Shown one piece after another: positions 63,159 to 64,000 of a stretch of 64,000 bases of DNA. The notes beneath the pieces are model-generated. The model was not told where the DNA came from. It did no database searches and saw nothing but the letters and a program-made list of their open reading frames with translations. The stretch covers positions 6,076,001 to 6,140,000 of the forward strand of contig JBHGNT010000011.1 of NCBI GenBank assembly GCA_043228905.1, in the 5' to 3' direction. The position numbers were made by a program, and so were the translations under genes. The first letter of the stretch is position 1. The number at the start of each line of letters is the position of its first letter. Source of the DNA: Azolla caroliniana (taxonomy: Eukaryota; Plantae; Polypodiophyta).

Positions 63159-64000
63159 TTCAGTTACCAGGTGTGGGATCTGGTTGACAAGAAGGTTTTC
63201 CGGAGTCGCGACATAGGCTTCATGGAAGACATGACCATTGCCGACTGGGAGTCGGAGAAGAAGGTGATGAACTTTGGATCATTCAATGAAAACCGGCTCG
63301 AAGACACAAGAACTTACCCGGTTGAAAACCAGACGCTAGCCGGTAACCGGATGACACTCGACGAACCGGCCGGATACAGACAAGAAACCGAACCGACCGA
63401 AGAAAAAGAAGAAGAAGAAGAAGAAGAAGAAGACATTGGAACCAGACAACATCCCGAATCAGATTCGGATGAGGAACAAACAGAGGAACCGGCAGTCAGA
63501 AACCAGGGAAGGAAGTTCGACTCCTTCATGACCGACCAAGGGTACCACAAGATGCAGGCCGATCACTGTGTGTTTGTGAAGAAATTTGATGGAGGAGATT
63601 TCCTTATACTCATCTTGTATGCGGATGACATGTTGCTCATCGGACGAGACCAAGGCACAATTTGGATGCGGAAAAAGGCTCTGAATCGGACATTCTCAAT
63701 GAAAGACTTGGGGCCGGCAAGACAAATATTGGGAATGCACATCATCCGGGACCAGTTGAAGAAGCTGTTGTGGCTGTCACATGAGAATTATGTGACAAAG
63801 GTGATTCAACGGTTCAACATGTCAGAGACAAAACCGGTCGGATCGACACTTCCGTCAAACTGCAAGCTATCCGGAAAACAAAGCCAGAGGACAAAGGCGG
63901 AGAAGACGAATATGATGAAGATACCTATGCCTCTGCCGTCGGGAGCTTGACGTATGCGATGGTATGTACCCGGCCAGATATCAGATATGCAGTCGGAGTG
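63159..64000 (+). mobile_element. Copia family 2, INT tail and RT fragment (probable continuation of 56145-58278)
   Basis: YQVWDLVDKKVFRSRD, then a deletion to FDSFM...LYADD...KDLG; runs off the right edge. Confidence 0.85.

Overview
Eukaryotic, plant-type, repeat-saturated DNA with no recognisable host gene. The mix of Tcn1-like and Phygy-like Ty3/gypsy elements suggests a non-seed land plant (inference). The window is a stack of nested transposons: (i) two near-identical, oppositely oriented non-chromovirus Ty3/gypsy copies with a tRNA-Trp PBS (1-10031), inserted in exon 2 of a spliced, probably Sola-type DNA transposase (10032-13586); (ii) a Tat-like LTR and a diverged, decayed relative of the first family (13.7-22.3 kb); (iii) an intact young Ty1/copia with identical LTRs and a perfect TSD (24346-29701); (iv) decayed copia copies, a self-priming Tcn1-like chromovirus (35581-39530), hAT and L1 remnants, a 1052-bp solo LTR and a Met-primed chromovirus (48651-53645); (v) an inverted copia nest (56.1-64 kb). 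The most notable signals are outward-facing tRNA-like (A box/B box) cassettes in the U3 of three different LTR families, a conserved GGAUUUU slippery site plus pseudoknot placing a -1 frameshift between protease and RT, a conserved hairpin before the PPT, an apparent 4-bp NCGN target site, and a transposase intron made of a palindrome also found at the element's own end. All alignments were made by eye and family names come from recalled motifs; no searches were run.
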